Origin: Tubiluchus corallicola
Lineage: Eukaryota > Animalia > Priapulida
DNA: 64,000 nt
Direction of reading: 5' to 3'
Assembly: GCA_030141605.1 (NCBI GenBank)
Contig: JAQGDQ010002368.1
Location: forward strand, 806,001-870,000
In this document: one piece after another, positions 12,136 through 26,500 of the stretch
How positions within the stretch are numbered: position 1 is the stretch's first letter
Layout of the letters: every line of letters begins with the position of its first letter
Position numbers and translations under genes: made by a program
Notes under the pieces: model-generated
Seen by the model: only the letters and a program-made list of their open reading frames with translations
What the model was told of the DNA's origin: nothing
Databases searched by the model: none

Positions 12136-14160
12136 GCTTCTTCCTCATTCATAGTTTATAACCTGAAACACAGAATAGGTTAGCTTTCTCTCGCAGCTTA
12201 ATTATTTCTGATGAAGCGATTGCGTTTATTAGTTTTACTATGTTTGTCCACTCCCACCAAATTCCAAACTTACGTTTGTTGACGGAGAGAGTAATAAACA
12301 TTCTCTTAATAAACATCCACTTACTCGGCAAGACGCCAATTCTCATTCTCGTAAAAGGAAAAATGCCAGAGCATCGTATCAATTTTGAAATATCGTGATA
12401 GAAACAAGAACGACACTGACAAAAACTCAAAGAGAGTACCCAAATGTAAAGCAGTTTTCTTTATAATAGCTAACAGCGAGACTATAAAGTTTAATCTACG
12501 TATAATGCACTATGCTTGTGTCTGGACGTAATTCTAAATGCGCTAGAAACCGGGCAACACTTCACAAATCATTTTACATTCCTTGAAGCGAAAGCGGCCA
12601 TCATGCTTAACAGCTGTTGCAGCTTTCTTCACTTTGAGCGTCATAAAGGTTTGAACTTTAGAAATTTAGGTTAACTCATTATGCGTAAAGTGGCTGTAGG
12701 TCATGATCAATTAGGCTATTAATTATATGATAGTTTAATTTAATACATAAATTTTTATTTAGTACAAAAAAGAACGAGCGCTGTTCAGTAACAACTCGCC
12801 CCAAGTGGGATTTCACCATCGTCTTCTATATCTAAACAGACATGCCACGCGCGATATCTGATTTAGCAAGCGGACGATTTTAGGCTCTGCATAAATAATC
12901 AAACAACAGTAGCTTTCTGTTTAAGTGTGGCTGAAGCCAAGTTATTGCGGATTCATTATAGCACCACGATGCCTGACCTTGGTTGATTGAATAAAACAGG
13001 CCTTGGTTATGTCCATGTGCACAAAACTGACTTAGCATTTGAAACATCGCTTTACGCAAATTGAAAAGGCTGTATTGTAGTTTCAGAGTGATGGAACGTA
13101 TATATAAGCGTTATGTAACTCTGTCTTACAGGCGGGATACGTTGATCATTTAATGTGAAGATGATGAGGCTGGTAAGACCTGCATATTATGTATTTGCTA
13201 ACAATTCAGTAATAAAAACCTACACACCAGTAAAGCAGTTATCGGTATTTATTTAGGACCTAATTATGTAATAACGAGGGTCTGTACCTAAAAGAAAATC
13301 TGTACTCACATACTCATGGCATTAAGCACGTAATCCGAAGATTCCTAGTTCAAATTCAAACTGAGCCTAGTTCTTCTCATTTCGATCATTTCGGCGTCCT
13401 AACGTTTGATTTCAAAAATCCAGAAACTAAAGACATGCATTGTTATTTAATATTGATATTAAGGTCATTAATAGTTGCCTATTTCTAAAAATCTCATTTT
13501 TTGACACATTTGGCAGTACATTTTGCTGTGTTAATGTGGATTGGTATTGTTTTAGCCACTAATTAGTTTTTTAGTTTTGTGCTTTCACGACAACGTAGAG
13601 CCCTAGCAGTATTTAAAAGCTATGCTGTGCGCTCAAAATAATAGTGTTGCTCAAATGTTGATCTCTCTAGACTACCGAAGTCTGTAACTCACAATAAACT
13701 TCACAAAACTGAAGATATTTCTGCTACATCGCCTTGCAGAACGTCGCCATAAAACACTGCCCTATTGATCGTCTACATTTAAAAGCCAGCACATTTCTCA
13801 AATTTTACTCAGAAACATTGCTGAAGCCATGTATATTGTCTGCACATTCCTCGACGTTTGCTTCAATATTTATCTTGTTTATTTTCAATTCGGATTCAAC
13901 GAGTATTTGGAAAACTTATGCCGTCTGATAATAATATTAATAGACAGAATTATTAATTTGCCAGCTGGCGGTGTGATACAAGTCACGAGTCATTCGAAAT
14001 TAATGTATAATTGGCCTAGATTTGATAGTCAGTCATGCAAGCAGCTGAGAATTGTTATAAGAACTCGAATTTCATGGCGTAACTTTTTAAGAGATTGCTT
14101 ATGAAGCCACTTTTATCGTAATACGTTTCATTGTATGTATTATAAAATTGATTCAATTGC

Positions 14161-14375
14161 CTTAAGTGGCATTTATCTGGCATCCGGAATGCGTTACGCA
14201 TTATCCACTTACGAAATAGCAGCGTATAAAAATCAATAGGAAATAGCTGCAGAAAAAATAACGCATAACGCAGGTCTGATAAACGGGTGCGTTGAAAACA
14301 ATATAAGCCAATTTTGTCTAGTCCGCATTCGCATAATGCATATGCATTCCGGATGCCAGGTAAACGCCACTTAAG
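14161..14375. mobile_element. ~215-bp MITE, copy 1
   Basis: 32-bp terminal inverted repeats: CTTAAGTGGCATTTATCTGGCATCCGGAATGC versus the reverse complement of the right end CTTAAGTGGCGTTTACCTGGCATCCGGAATGC (2 mismatches). TTAA/TA at both ends. Superfamily uncertain. Confidence 0.8.
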
Positions 14376-14541
14376 TTGACGTAGAGTTTTTAGGTAATCC
14401 AATTATGTTTGCCTCTTTTATTAACAATCTTTTAAATTTTAGCCTTTTGATATTTTGTCGGATTTTGAAGCTGAAAATCGGTGTCAATTAGGAAGAAAAA
14501 AGGAAAGCAAATAAAACCACTACGCCTAGTGATTTACTTTA

Positions 14542-14742
14542 TTAAAATGGCGTTTAGCTAGCATCAGGAATGCGCATGCGTTGTAGATGAGGAATAGATA
14601 AAATCGGTTTATATTGTTTTCAATGTACCCTTTCATCAGACCTGTGTTATGCGTTAGTTTTTCTGCAGCTATTTCCTATTTTTATGCGCTGCTATTCCGC
14701 AGATGGATAACGCATAACGCATTCCAGGTAAACGCCATTTAA
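14542..14742. mobile_element. ~200-bp MITE, copy 2, inverted relative to copy 1
   Basis: Ends TTAAAATGGCGTTTAG...GTAAACGCCATTTAA. Internal TTTTTCTGCAGCTATTTCCTATT is the reverse complement of AATAGGAAATAGCTGCAGAAAAA in copy 1. Confidence 0.8.
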
Positions 14743-15948
14743 GGCTTTTTTTAATTAAATTAGCACCACGAATTTGAATGAATAAACAGCGGAAGTTAGT
14801 TGATTAAATATATTCGCGAGTTTTATTAATCTATCGTCACATGTTCACTCCTCAACTTCACAATTGTATGAAACTAATTACGGCTGCTATTATATTGTCA
14901 TTTATTTATCAATCTTCATCAAAAAATAATTATCATTTGGCTGATCACACTGGTGGATATGCTCGGAAACGTATACGCTAATTTACCCCACCAAATCATT
15001 TTTTATAATTAACTTTTCGACTAGTTATTGATCATAAAGTAATAAAAGAGGGGGTTAGATTGCTTATTGCCATAAGCAGCTACAGCTTGAGGACGCGTTG
15101 TATAATACACAAGAATATTGTTGTCACAGATACAGCTTTATATTTACCCCCAAATGAAATAGCATTTATATATACATAGAGACTGAGTAAACATCGTGTC
15201 ATGTTTTCTTTACCAATCCAAGTCATCTACTGACTAATTACAGTAACACTGCCTATATGTGTTACACCTCTGAACATGCATGATACATGTCCACAATAGG
15301 GTTATATTGTCCCAAATCTTCGCAACTTCAAATTCCCACAGTTAAAGAATGTGCCTGCGTAGCTAATGCTTGTCAGAGAAATTTTTCTGACAGTTTTTCC
15401 TGTCTAAATTTTTTAGGTAGCAGGTGCTATCGAAACAGTATGTTCAATTCTCTTCAATGTTTAAAAGGTAATGAGTTGAACTGTTTACTGTTTTGTTGCA
15501 ACGCAGTAGACTTTTGAATCTTCGAGCTGTTATCTGTGACTTGAATTCTGATTTGCCGCGAGCATTCTTTCACGTCGGATATTTTCCAACATTGCCGTGA
15601 GATTTTAGTTAGTGAAACTTAAAGCAACAGAGCAGTCACGCAGTCAGACATACTATAATCAGATTGCACAGATATTTCTCAAAAGCTAGATTCCAGAAAA
15701 GCGCACACTAACATACAAACTACTACACATACTTTTCAACAGCACTCAGGCACAAAACAGATCACTGTTTGAAAACCTAACATGCTCTTTTTCTTGTTCT
15801 CACAATTATTTTTTACACAACTGTATAATTGATTTGCCTTTATTTCGAAAGTAAACTTGACAAGGGCTAACAGGTTAGAAAAACTATTAGTTGGTTTTTA
15901 GGAGCATTCCATGCAACAAACGAAAAGCATGTGTGTTTGTGTGTAAAT

Positions 15949-16525
15949 TTAACCCTTTCAACACGGTATGTACAAATCGGTTATGAATTATATTTTTGCT
16001 GATGCATTTTTTATTCATTACAACAAGTTTCTTATACTGATATCAGTAATGAAACTAGCCTATAATTCAATTGAAATTTTGAACTGTGAACTGAGCAACA
16101 TCGGTATTTCTGTCATTTTTTCAGACAGGGAATGATCTGCAAAAAAAACAAACATTTCAAATCTCGTTGCATCTTAACTTTTTCAAACAGCAAAAAATGC
16201 AGTATCAGAAAAAATAGCCAAAAAAAATCACAAACTTTTGTCATTATGGTGTACTGAGTCAGGATTTTCAAATGCAGAAAAAGCTTTCTTATAACAAAAT
16301 TAGGGAATACTTTTTGTGTTTAAACTTAAAAATGGTGATTGCAAACTTTTCGACAATTAAAATTGCGTTAATCTGGCCCTTTTTCCACATATACAATAAG
16401 TGACTTTGTTTCTGTACACGTAGTTGAATTGTGTTAAGTGTTAGCAATAATTAAAATTTATTTTTATTATAGTAAATAGCACGGTCTTTTCATTTCTGCT
16501 AGCAGCGAGAGAGTGAAAGGGTAAA
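15949..16525. mobile_element. Possible degenerate piggyBac-like MITE
   Basis: Left end TTAA-CCCTTTCAACAC. Candidate right ends GTTGAATTGTG-TTAA (16437) or GTGAAAGGG-TAAA (~16525). Right boundary ambiguous. Confidence 0.35.
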
Positions 16526-17228
16526 CAATACACTAACAACACCTTACAACAGCTCAATCCTTACTGCTCACGAGCAATTACACGAATGACAATCAGGAAG
16601 CTTTATTGGCCTCTGAAGATACACAGCACTCCATAGTCAACATTAATGAAGAAGTCGTATGATATACGCTCGCATTAGAACGACATTTATTGCCAGAATA
16701 TGTATATTTATATCTTTAGAAACGACTGTCTCTACGGGATAGGAGCAATTGATGAGGTAGATGATGGGGTATAGATGAGATACATGTATAATCGAGCAGA
16801 TTAATCATTAACTACATGAAACAGTCAAGAGTATAAATTACGTGGAATTGATTTAAAGAGAAATTAGTTTAATTCCACAATCTTAAGTTTATAACTGCTC
16901 TTCAAAGTCCTCATTATGAATGTTTTGAGCCAATGTAGTTTACAGTATCTTCATATTTGTACAGTTTTCTTAATTCCCTTTCATACTTAAACAGTTTCCT
17001 ATAGGCTATAGTATTTCAGACTATTTGGACTGAGATTGTTTGCTTGGTTATTTTGTGATGTTAGTCAACCGGATCACGTTAAAACAGTTTACCGAAACTC
17101 AAACCAACTTTAGAATTAATCTCAAGTAAAATGAGTTAAATTTCTACAATCACTTCTTAGTAATCAAAATGAGCACTTTTCTTTGATGGCAATGTTACTA
17201 ATATGAAACCTATTGTACAATCCTAAAA

Positions 17229-17545
17229 GAAGAAGAAGAAGAAGAAGATTGCCTCATTCCCAATGGCGTAAGAATAAATGGTCATGACAGCTATTATTCG
17301 TAACCTCAACACGTAAGGAGGACAGTGGTAAGCCAACCCCCCCCTTCCCCATTACCTAACCAGGTACCCAATTAAGGCTGAGTAGACCCACGAAATATGA
17401 CCAGAGAGCCACTGTTAGAGTGGAATAGCTCGAAAAACACAAACACCGACATACGTCAGATTCCGATTCTGAATCGACTGCCAACCACCGTATCACTTCA
17501 TCACCCGCCGTCCTCACTAGAAAAGTTAAACATCAGTCACCAGAT
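17229..17545 (-). mobile_element. Probable SINE relic with (TTC)n tail
   Basis: (GAA)n at 17229-17247 adjacent to a body containing CAGGTACCCAATTAAGGCTGAGTAGAC (17361-17387). Its reverse complement resembles the central GTCCACCCAGCTG.AAATGGGTACC motif of many invertebrate SINEs (recalled consensus, not searched). Confidence 0.4.
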
Positions 17546-20500
17546 ACGGCGATAGTGACACTATAATAATCAGTTTATTCTATTAAAAAGCATTGTATTT
17601 TTGATAATATCTGCAATTTGCGTTGTGCACTGTACAGTGCGCATTTAGGTAATACAAGTGCAAGAAAAACGAGGGGAATTGAACCCAAGTCCAGCAATGA
17701 CCCTGAAATTTGTTAAGAGGTAACCCATCATGCTTAACGCTAATTAATAATTAACAGAATTAATGTGCCACTTACATATATTATATCAATTACAGGACAT
17801 ATACAGTTATTCATTGTTGTGCTTTACTTAAATACAGGCGCTGTGTTTTATCGGTGAGCTTCAAATAAAACACGCCAGGTGAACATCTCAGGGCAGCACC
17901 AGGCGAACCCGAACTCGGCGTCGTCGTTGTTGTGGTCTCTTTTCACAAAAGCTGTCATGAAGCACGTATTATTCTGTGCCAGTTCGTCCTAGGAAAATTT
18001 CTTAAAGCAAAAACTGGGTTGCGGAAATCCGCGTGTAGTGCAGTTTCCTTGTGCCGAACAATCTGAAAAACCCTATTAATGATTCGCACGATTTTGATGC
18101 CGGAAGTTCGGTTAACGTAGCTGATTAATGTTTTACTTTCGGGCGGGGCCGCAACAAAAACCATTAAATTTTGCCGTAATGGACTTTTAATGTTAAATTA
18201 AAGTCACCGGAAGCACAAGTTTTTCAGAATCATTCGGGGTTACGTTTCACCGAGAATTACCATAATAATGTATCGATAAATGCCATAAATCATTTCTACG
18301 TACGCTTCTTTACTTAATTTTCTTTCGAAAACATCCACAACAAATTTTAAACCAATTATTGTTAACAAGTAAATAAGAAATTAAACAAGTATGATGCTTA
18401 ATTGCATTCACATGACAATTTTACAACAATAAAATATAAATGGACAAAGAAAGGACATTTTATATCCTATTCAGTAGAGTCAGGCGATTTTCAATGATTA
18501 TAGACTTAAATAATTAACCAGTAATTTTTTTTAAAGTCACGTGATTTATTCCGTACATGATCAATTTGCAGCTAGATTTATTCTACAAAAGTCCGTACAG
18601 TCTTCATATAACAAATATTACAGCATGTATTTTGAAGCCCTTAAAATGGCGAACCAAGCATGAAAACAGCTGAGCAGTGAGCAAACACTACTCTGCCGCC
18701 TCGGACACATTAAATACACAGAGCATGGCTTCAACCGAAATTCTCCACTTATCTTACCAAAATAAAGCCCTCTGGTTGAACCCTACTGCAAGTCGAAATT
18801 TTGCTACCATCATCACGATTCTGCAGTTGTTGTTAATGGTTTTCTAAAATTGCAAGATAAACCGTATTCACGTGACATAGGGAGAAGTGTAATCTAATTT
18901 GATATACATTTAGGATATTAACAGTGTTATTGATGCGTATAGTTCTTTACAGTAATTTTTGATCGGCTGCATCTGCACGAATGTACATTTACTATTAAAG
19001 TCATAAAATTTCTATTAATACACTATTCAAAATACTGTTTGTACTCTGCAAACAAACTGAAGGTGAACACAAGCTTAACCACCTACTGCAGCCAATTACA
19101 TGACAGACTTCTTTACGACGTGAGATTCATTAATGCAGAACGAAATAACGAGCTGTGACAAACTGAAGTGTTTAAATGCTAAGCTTTGCGGTGAAAATAG
19201 CATAAACATTTAGATAGAGTGTACATACCGTGTCCCTTGCTTATACAAATAGAGAATCTTACTTGCTATGAGAGCTGGGAACTACATACGCGACATTGAC
19301 AATGGGTGGAAACCAATTTGTGCTGAAGCCAGCTATGAATGTCGTTAATGCAACAATGGGCAAGGAAACAAGTTCCAATGGAGCATTCTAGCAGCAAAAG
19401 CCTCAATACAGCACCTAGTACAGTGTAGCTGATCAAATGCCCTTGCATAGTGCAATAAGGCCACTGTACTATTGCACTCTGTCTTCAATCTCTAATGGTA
19501 TATTGAATTCAGCTGGGGCTAAGACTAAATGGCCAGTGTTCGCAGCCCAAATGCATAAAACCGGCACTGCTAAAATCTGTGTAAAAGCACGTCATTGAAA
19601 CTAGTTACCCAGAGTATAGTAGGCATAAGTAAATCTGCACTACAGATCCCTATACACCAAAATAGTTATCCTAGCTCTCTTCCTACGGCTCATTAACATA
19701 ACGTAATCGTATAAATGGGCATAAAGCTCGGAGTAACTTGGAATTTCAGCTGTTTTATTTTTAGAAAAGCGCGCGAATTCTTACTATTAAACCAACAAAT
19801 ATATAGGGCTAATGCGATGGACCTGCCTCAAAAACTGCATGACTTCGTGCACGGGCTTATAAATATTTATAGCTTAACAAAGAAGTTGAGGACCCTCTAA
19901 TGTCACTATCCAATTTACAGCAATTTAACTATGTATACAAAGAAATAGAGTTGTTTGAACGTCAATAAATGAATTGCAAAGTTAAATCTCAACCCCTCCC
20001 GGATTAATTTATCAACACATAAGACTCGTTGCTCAATATACTGACTGCAACAATGTTACACATTTTAAAGCTTGCTACAGGACGTGATTTCTGGTGAATT
20101 ATTCTTCAAAACTGTACTTCACCCCTTAGGCCTACTAACAAAATATGGGAAGGTATACGATACTCCGTTAGCAAGGATGACTGACCAGTAACTAATTGCA
20201 AATAAAATAGACAACTATTAGACATAAAGTACAGACTGAATTGACTTGATATTAAAGGACAAGAAAAAATTCTTCATAAATAAGGTTCGTCTTAAAATAC
20301 TGTATCACTTAGATGCTGTCTTATTGCTTACGTTAGCAGTAACACTGCGTAGAACTTGTAAATTTAAACTTCGGCGTAAAATTTGAAAACATAATTAGAA
20401 CATTCGTAGCGCACTAATCGCTATTTAAGCAAACTACTTTATATCGTCAACAGGATCAACAACGTGTTTTTTGGTGAGCCAATGGTGCAACAGTGAAATT

Positions 20501-23500
20501 TTATCAGTTTGAATTATTTGAATTACCAGCGTGAACATTTTGAATTATTAAGAAAATTATTCTCCAAATTCACACGTCTTTCATATAAGCAAGTGTAAAG
20601 TAAAGAAATATAACTGTAACGTAATATAAATATGTATGTAATATAAGATTTTTGGGCTATATATTTAAACTTTCTTTCTTCCTTAGGAGAAAGTAATTTT
20701 AATTAAATGTACAAAATGGTTCAATTGAATGTAAACACGATTATTTTGGATCACATGTCAAAAATTTTAGTACTTACTGTTGTATTTTCATATGTGGAAT
20801 TTTCACTTCATTTTCATTTGTTTTTGAATCAACTAAAATTTTTGCTTTCCAAAACATAAACAACTTTTTTGCGACTTCATACAAACAGCTATGACGTTGC
20901 TTTATTTACAATAGTAACGTTGTGATTTCACTACAATATTTCACTCAGTACTTCTCTGTTCATACTGCCGGATATTTGTAACAAAACGTCTGTGTGATTT
21001 TCAGATATATACTTGTTACACAATAAACAACAACTGAAATTATTAAACATCATTTAACATGGAGCGGGGCAAGGTCATGGGAGCCTTACTGAAGCTAGCC
21101 TATAGCTTGCCCAAAGTAGTTTGATGGTAGTTAATCGCTGACTAGATGCAGGGTGGTCTAAGTTACCGAATATGTTTCTGGCATACTGGTGAATATATAA
21201 TGATTTAAGATACTTTCCAATCATGTTAGTGTCAGTAGCATCATTAACATATTTTATTATCCCAGCAACCTCATTCGCGGCAGCAATTGCAATTCATTAT
21301 CTACTCACCGTGTGAGGAAAGATTCAATCAGCTACTTGTTTTAGGGTTGTTACCCGTAACATAACCTAGAAAGCAGTTTGCACACTCCCTGTAACATGAT
21401 CAGAATCGTAAAGTGCCCCGGCATGCGGAGCTCTTTGGGAAGCCATGGGATTCAACAGCACTTGGGGAAGCCAGCTTATAAAGAGTATTAAGGAAGCCAA
21501 GTTAGGACGACGCATATTGTACATAAAATTTATTATCGATGAGTTTACATAATACAGTGGCTATGTTCGCAGTGTACAATTATCATTTTAAGCATAACAA
21601 GTAGCGTGATAAAGATTTTTTAATGAAAAATAATTAGAAAGAAGCTCAAAATATTTTTTACATTATTCTGGTAAGAACTAGGAACTTTATTAGCGAATCC
21701 ATGGATTTGCAAAGAATGATTAATGAGTTATTCTCGCTATGCATGTGAAACATCAAATTATAATTAATATGCTAAGTTTAAAGCCACACCATATACGACA
21801 TAATTAATACTTTCATCTGTACTGTCTCTGTGAAACGCCCTGCACTCGGACAGTAACGATTTGTGAAGCTTAAGCTACATGCTTGTTCAAAGAAAACACA
21901 TAAGAAAGATGGTATCATTGGATAATCGTTCTTAAACACCTAGGGATGACTTCGAGATACATGAAATATCTAAAGCTGATGCATCGCGTCTTATACAGGA
22001 TGTAACTTTGTTATAATCAGAATTGTGCCAAGAAGCAGGTTGGGTTCGATCATTTTTCTGGCACTAGCTAAATATGTAGCTATATATAGTATACATCTTG
22101 TTTCTTTAGTCACGTGGATGTAAAATTCCTAGTTTCACAAAAAAAAAATGTGCCTAAAACGTATACAGTCAGCTCCAAAAACCATACTTACTCAAATTTA
22201 AGTAGCACATCCCAATGTTTCCTATTCATGTATTTTGCACAAAACACGATCGGCTGTGCGGAATTTTAAAATTAAGCTGAAACTGTTTAATAATAGACTC
22301 CCAGCTCGTTAGAACACACTCTGTGGTTAAAATGACAACCCTTTGTTTACACAGGGCTTTCCAGCAACACTCTTCCAACATCGATCAGTGGAGGTTTACA
22401 CTCATTTCCAGCTTTGAAAGCGTCCTGTCATAAAATCACTAATCATTGTTTGCCAATTGTCCGTGCATATTGCTAAGCAGAGAGATGAATAGTTAGCATA
22501 TGACAGGATCCCAGCGCTATATCTCTATTACCATAATTATCAGCAAGAGCCTGTACAGATAGTACCATATAGCCTTTGTCTACACCGCACCGACTAACGC
22601 ATCTTTCCTTTTATGGACAAGACTGGCGGATAAAATCCATAGAAGTTGTCTTTGCTTCAAACAGAAAGCATGCTTGTACCACACGTATTTGTACAAATTT
22701 CTCTGAGCACAATGCAAACACGCACGGTGCATGGTATAAGCAGGCATGAGAAGATATAATATAAGACTACTACAGCATCAATATAAATTATCACAACTAT
22801 CAATGTAATATGTAATTACAATACTTATACACTCAAACCAGTTATCGTTAACTTATTTAATGAGAATCATTTAATGTTTTCTAAACCAGAGAAAATATAA
22901 ATCACCTAAATAATGACCAACAAAATACAAGTTTTGGCACATTCTCATCTCATGACTGGCAATCTTCTGTGATACTTAGTTAAATACTAATTACCTAGCT
23001 AACTATAGCTATCTTCTTGTAGTTACAACTGCCGTAACCTCACAATCTGTAATCTTAGAAAGTCTCATTAATGCCACATAGTGTAACCAAGTGAATGAAT
23101 GGCCTGCCTTGAGAACAATAGAGTTTATTATGAATTAAACAACCTGAGAGAATTTGAGGAAGCGAACCTAAAAGTTATAACTTTAACGGAGGCCTATATT
23201 ACTTGATGTCACAAGCATAAATATTGGTTAATTTTTATCAATTAGAACACTCCAGTGAATTCATCATAATTGCACATAAATGTGACACATGGATGTTTGG
23301 TGATTTTTGCGAAAGTGAAAATCTGAGCATGTGAGAACTGTTGCAGATACGGCGTACAATAAACGTCTGAAAGTATCTTATAAATTATCTTCGCTGAGTA
23401 AAGTATTTGCAGCTTTTATCAAGCTCATCCATTATGTCCCATTAGATCTCAAATCCTAAGCGCTTTCTTTACAAAGATAAACAATAAATGGCAATCGTCA

Positions 23501-26500
23501 ATAATAAATACACACGAGACTGATCAACTTTGTTCATCGGTTCATTATTTATTATTAAGCAAAAATCGTTTTCAGTGAAAATAAGCGGTAACGAAAATGG
23601 TACTGTGTTATAAGAACTGACGAAAGTGGCTAAAACACTGTTTTTTCCGCACGCTGTAAACCCGTTAAAATATTTAAAGAATTTACAAAATGTAGCTACA
23701 TGTTTCAGATTCAACAGATTTTGGTACAAAATTTTAAGCAGTTCTTGTATTTGCAAAATCACTACCCTCTATACAATAACTATTTTCAGATAATAGGTCA
23801 ACGTATTTGGAGATGCGTAAGTATGAGATTGCTGCAGGCTGCAAGAGCACTACTGACTTTGTTAAGGAGCTATAAATGATTTTTATCGGCACTCCCAAGT
23901 GCTCTAGGAGCACTCTTGCCTCTTCCACCATGCATTTACACCTGCTTCTACAACCCAAACATTGCGAAATTCTTTCATCATCTATGCACTTGACAGGCTG
24001 GATGGCTTCATAAAGAAAGATAATTGGTTATTACACCCCCTCCTGTGACCTTGGGAAGGTTGTATAACGCCGATGTTACATCGGAAGTCCTCTGCCTATG
24101 ATTTACTATACGGGTCAGACTGACCAAGCAGCGTACAATGGAACTGTACAAGTAAGTGGGTATAATAACTGACATTTGTGCATTAATCTACGAAGCTAAT
24201 GAACAGCAGAATCGATTTTGCGCGCAGGTTTTCTACGAGAAATGCATTCATTTTATGCAATAATCGCTCAAAGCACGTAAAGTCATTATATTGGTTTTTT
24301 GGAAGAAAAAATATAAGATGGTAAGGCAAAATAACTCTGCACACATGAAGAAGAAGTTAAAGCAAACTTTTTTCAGAAGCTTCGTAATTTGCATTAATAA
24401 ACCGAGCGTGGGGAGCCTGTGCAGCACAACGTAAAGCTACTGCCGTCTGTGAAGGAAATCTGCTTTATTTTTTATTTTCTAAATTGAATATTGGCAGATG
24501 CAGATACGTATGAAAAATATCTGAGCAGTGAGCATGTTATCCATTTTACATAATGCTGGAAGCTCAAGGTATGCGACTCGTTATGATATTCAACCAAATT
24601 ATCAAGTGCCTGAAGTCCCAATCCACCAAAATCCAAAAACAGAATACAGTGTCACGTTACTTGTTTTTTTTTGCTTCTACCAAAAGCATCTTCAAATTGA
24701 AAGCGTTAATTTAATACAAAGGCATTTGCATACAAAAGAATTTGAGACGCAGGACAGATCGCCTGGGGGTAACAGGAATTGTTTATCTTCCCCTCATTAT
24801 GTTGCCCTCTTGCTAAATGCATTGCATTGCCCCACGCCAGGCTCTTTATTTGTACTATAAACATTCATCCCACAATTTAACCGTCCTTAGGCCAAATTAG
24901 ACGCTTTCGTGTGGAAAGTTGATCAATGGTTATACTACGGGGATCCACAGTTAGCATTATTTCTGCTCGTATCTGCTGGACGAAGTTAGATAGAGCTGTA
25001 CATTGCCACAACAAAGAGACTGACAGATAAGAACAGCACTGCTGCTCCACGTAAACAAGAATAGGGAAGCCCTGCACTTCTGTTAATTTTGTCCCTGGCA
25101 GTCAATACTCACAAAAAAATTTGTAATCGTTACAGAAATCAGATATTTAAGGAGACGGTACAAGTTTTTAAACGAAGTTAGTTGTGAAGTTTTTAGGGAA
25201 CTTATCTGAACCTTACGTAAAATACGTGAACTGTACTAAAGTCTTTATGCCCTTCAGTGGTGTCCATAACTGACACCATCGGAATAGTGACTTGTTACTG
25301 GCTTGAATGTGGCCTTAATTAAGAACAAAATGGCGCATCATTTCTTCATTACTTAACAGTCAACCAACTGTATGTGGCTATACTTTTTGCACCATCTGAT
25401 TGGAAAATAATTAAGCACAGGTTAAAACAACGCGGTATATTATGACTCATAGACTAAAGAATTCCACGGTTACAAAAGAGGCAGAGCCTAAGTTACTCCA
25501 TTATCTCACCTATCGCTTTACTTTTAAGTAGCTTAGACTAGATTTAATTTAGATACCGTTCTTCTGACTCAGTCAAGCTTAAGTATTGGCAAACAATACA
25601 ACCATGTGTGTATCTCGCCTAAATAATCGTAATCCAATTGTTTCTGTGTGATTGCCATAACTGCATTTAGCTGCTAATATGTACTTGATTAGCCCTTATT
25701 ATCATCGCCACCATGTGGCTACCTATAATGACTACATTAACACTGTGTATGACATTCAGACATTTTAGGTCTAGATTCAACGCAATGTGTCACCATTCAA
25801 CATAACCGAAAATTTAGTTTCCAAAATGGTAATTAGGCAAGTCTTTTTCACTGCTAAGTTAAACATTGCTTTTAAGAAAGAATGACAGAAAGGTAAATAT
25901 AATAAAATGCATCGTAACTATTTATTTCATATAATAACTATAACTCGGACGCGAACCTCTGAATTTTCTATAGACGACCTCGTCACTTGTCTTTATAATT
26001 TGTGTGTTTAATTCAATTATTCAATTAGCTCATTTCTCTTGATTTTCTCACACCTAAGGTTTTTCTGTTTCAATATGTTGACAGAACTTTTTGTAAACTA
26101 ACTGTGTCAGCTGTTTTACATTAGCTTAAAAGTTATCTTTATAAACGTTTTCAAAAATAAAAATAAAGTACGTTAGCTAGTATTCAACATTCATCAGTGA
26201 ATGTATAGGCTCTCACACATTAACAATTTAAAGTCAAACACGATGTTGGAATAAAATTGCTAAAACATGTCAAAAACAACTTAATAACTGGTTCATATAA
26301 TATAATGGCATGCACGTACAAAAAATGCATAAAATAATATTCTTTCATATTTTCTTAACGCAATGCAAAGTGCAAGTTATTGGTAAAAAAAACTGCAAAA
26401 TCGAACTGCATTTTATATATTAATCTGCTTGATCCGTATATCATACATTGCAAGACGTAGCATCTTGACGATGCAATACTCGTGCATGAATTAATAACAG

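Noticed and set aside
17672-17695. tRNA B-box-like sequence (also ~13345 and ~22042)
   Set aside because: No cloverleaf or A box at proper spacing. At most SINE debris, not tRNA genes.
19449-19492. Hairpin AGTGCAATA...TATTGCACT with a miR-92-like seed
   Set aside because: Only about 9 bp pair. The 3' part does not match miR-92 (GTCCCGGCC) and the stem does not extend to pre-miRNA length.
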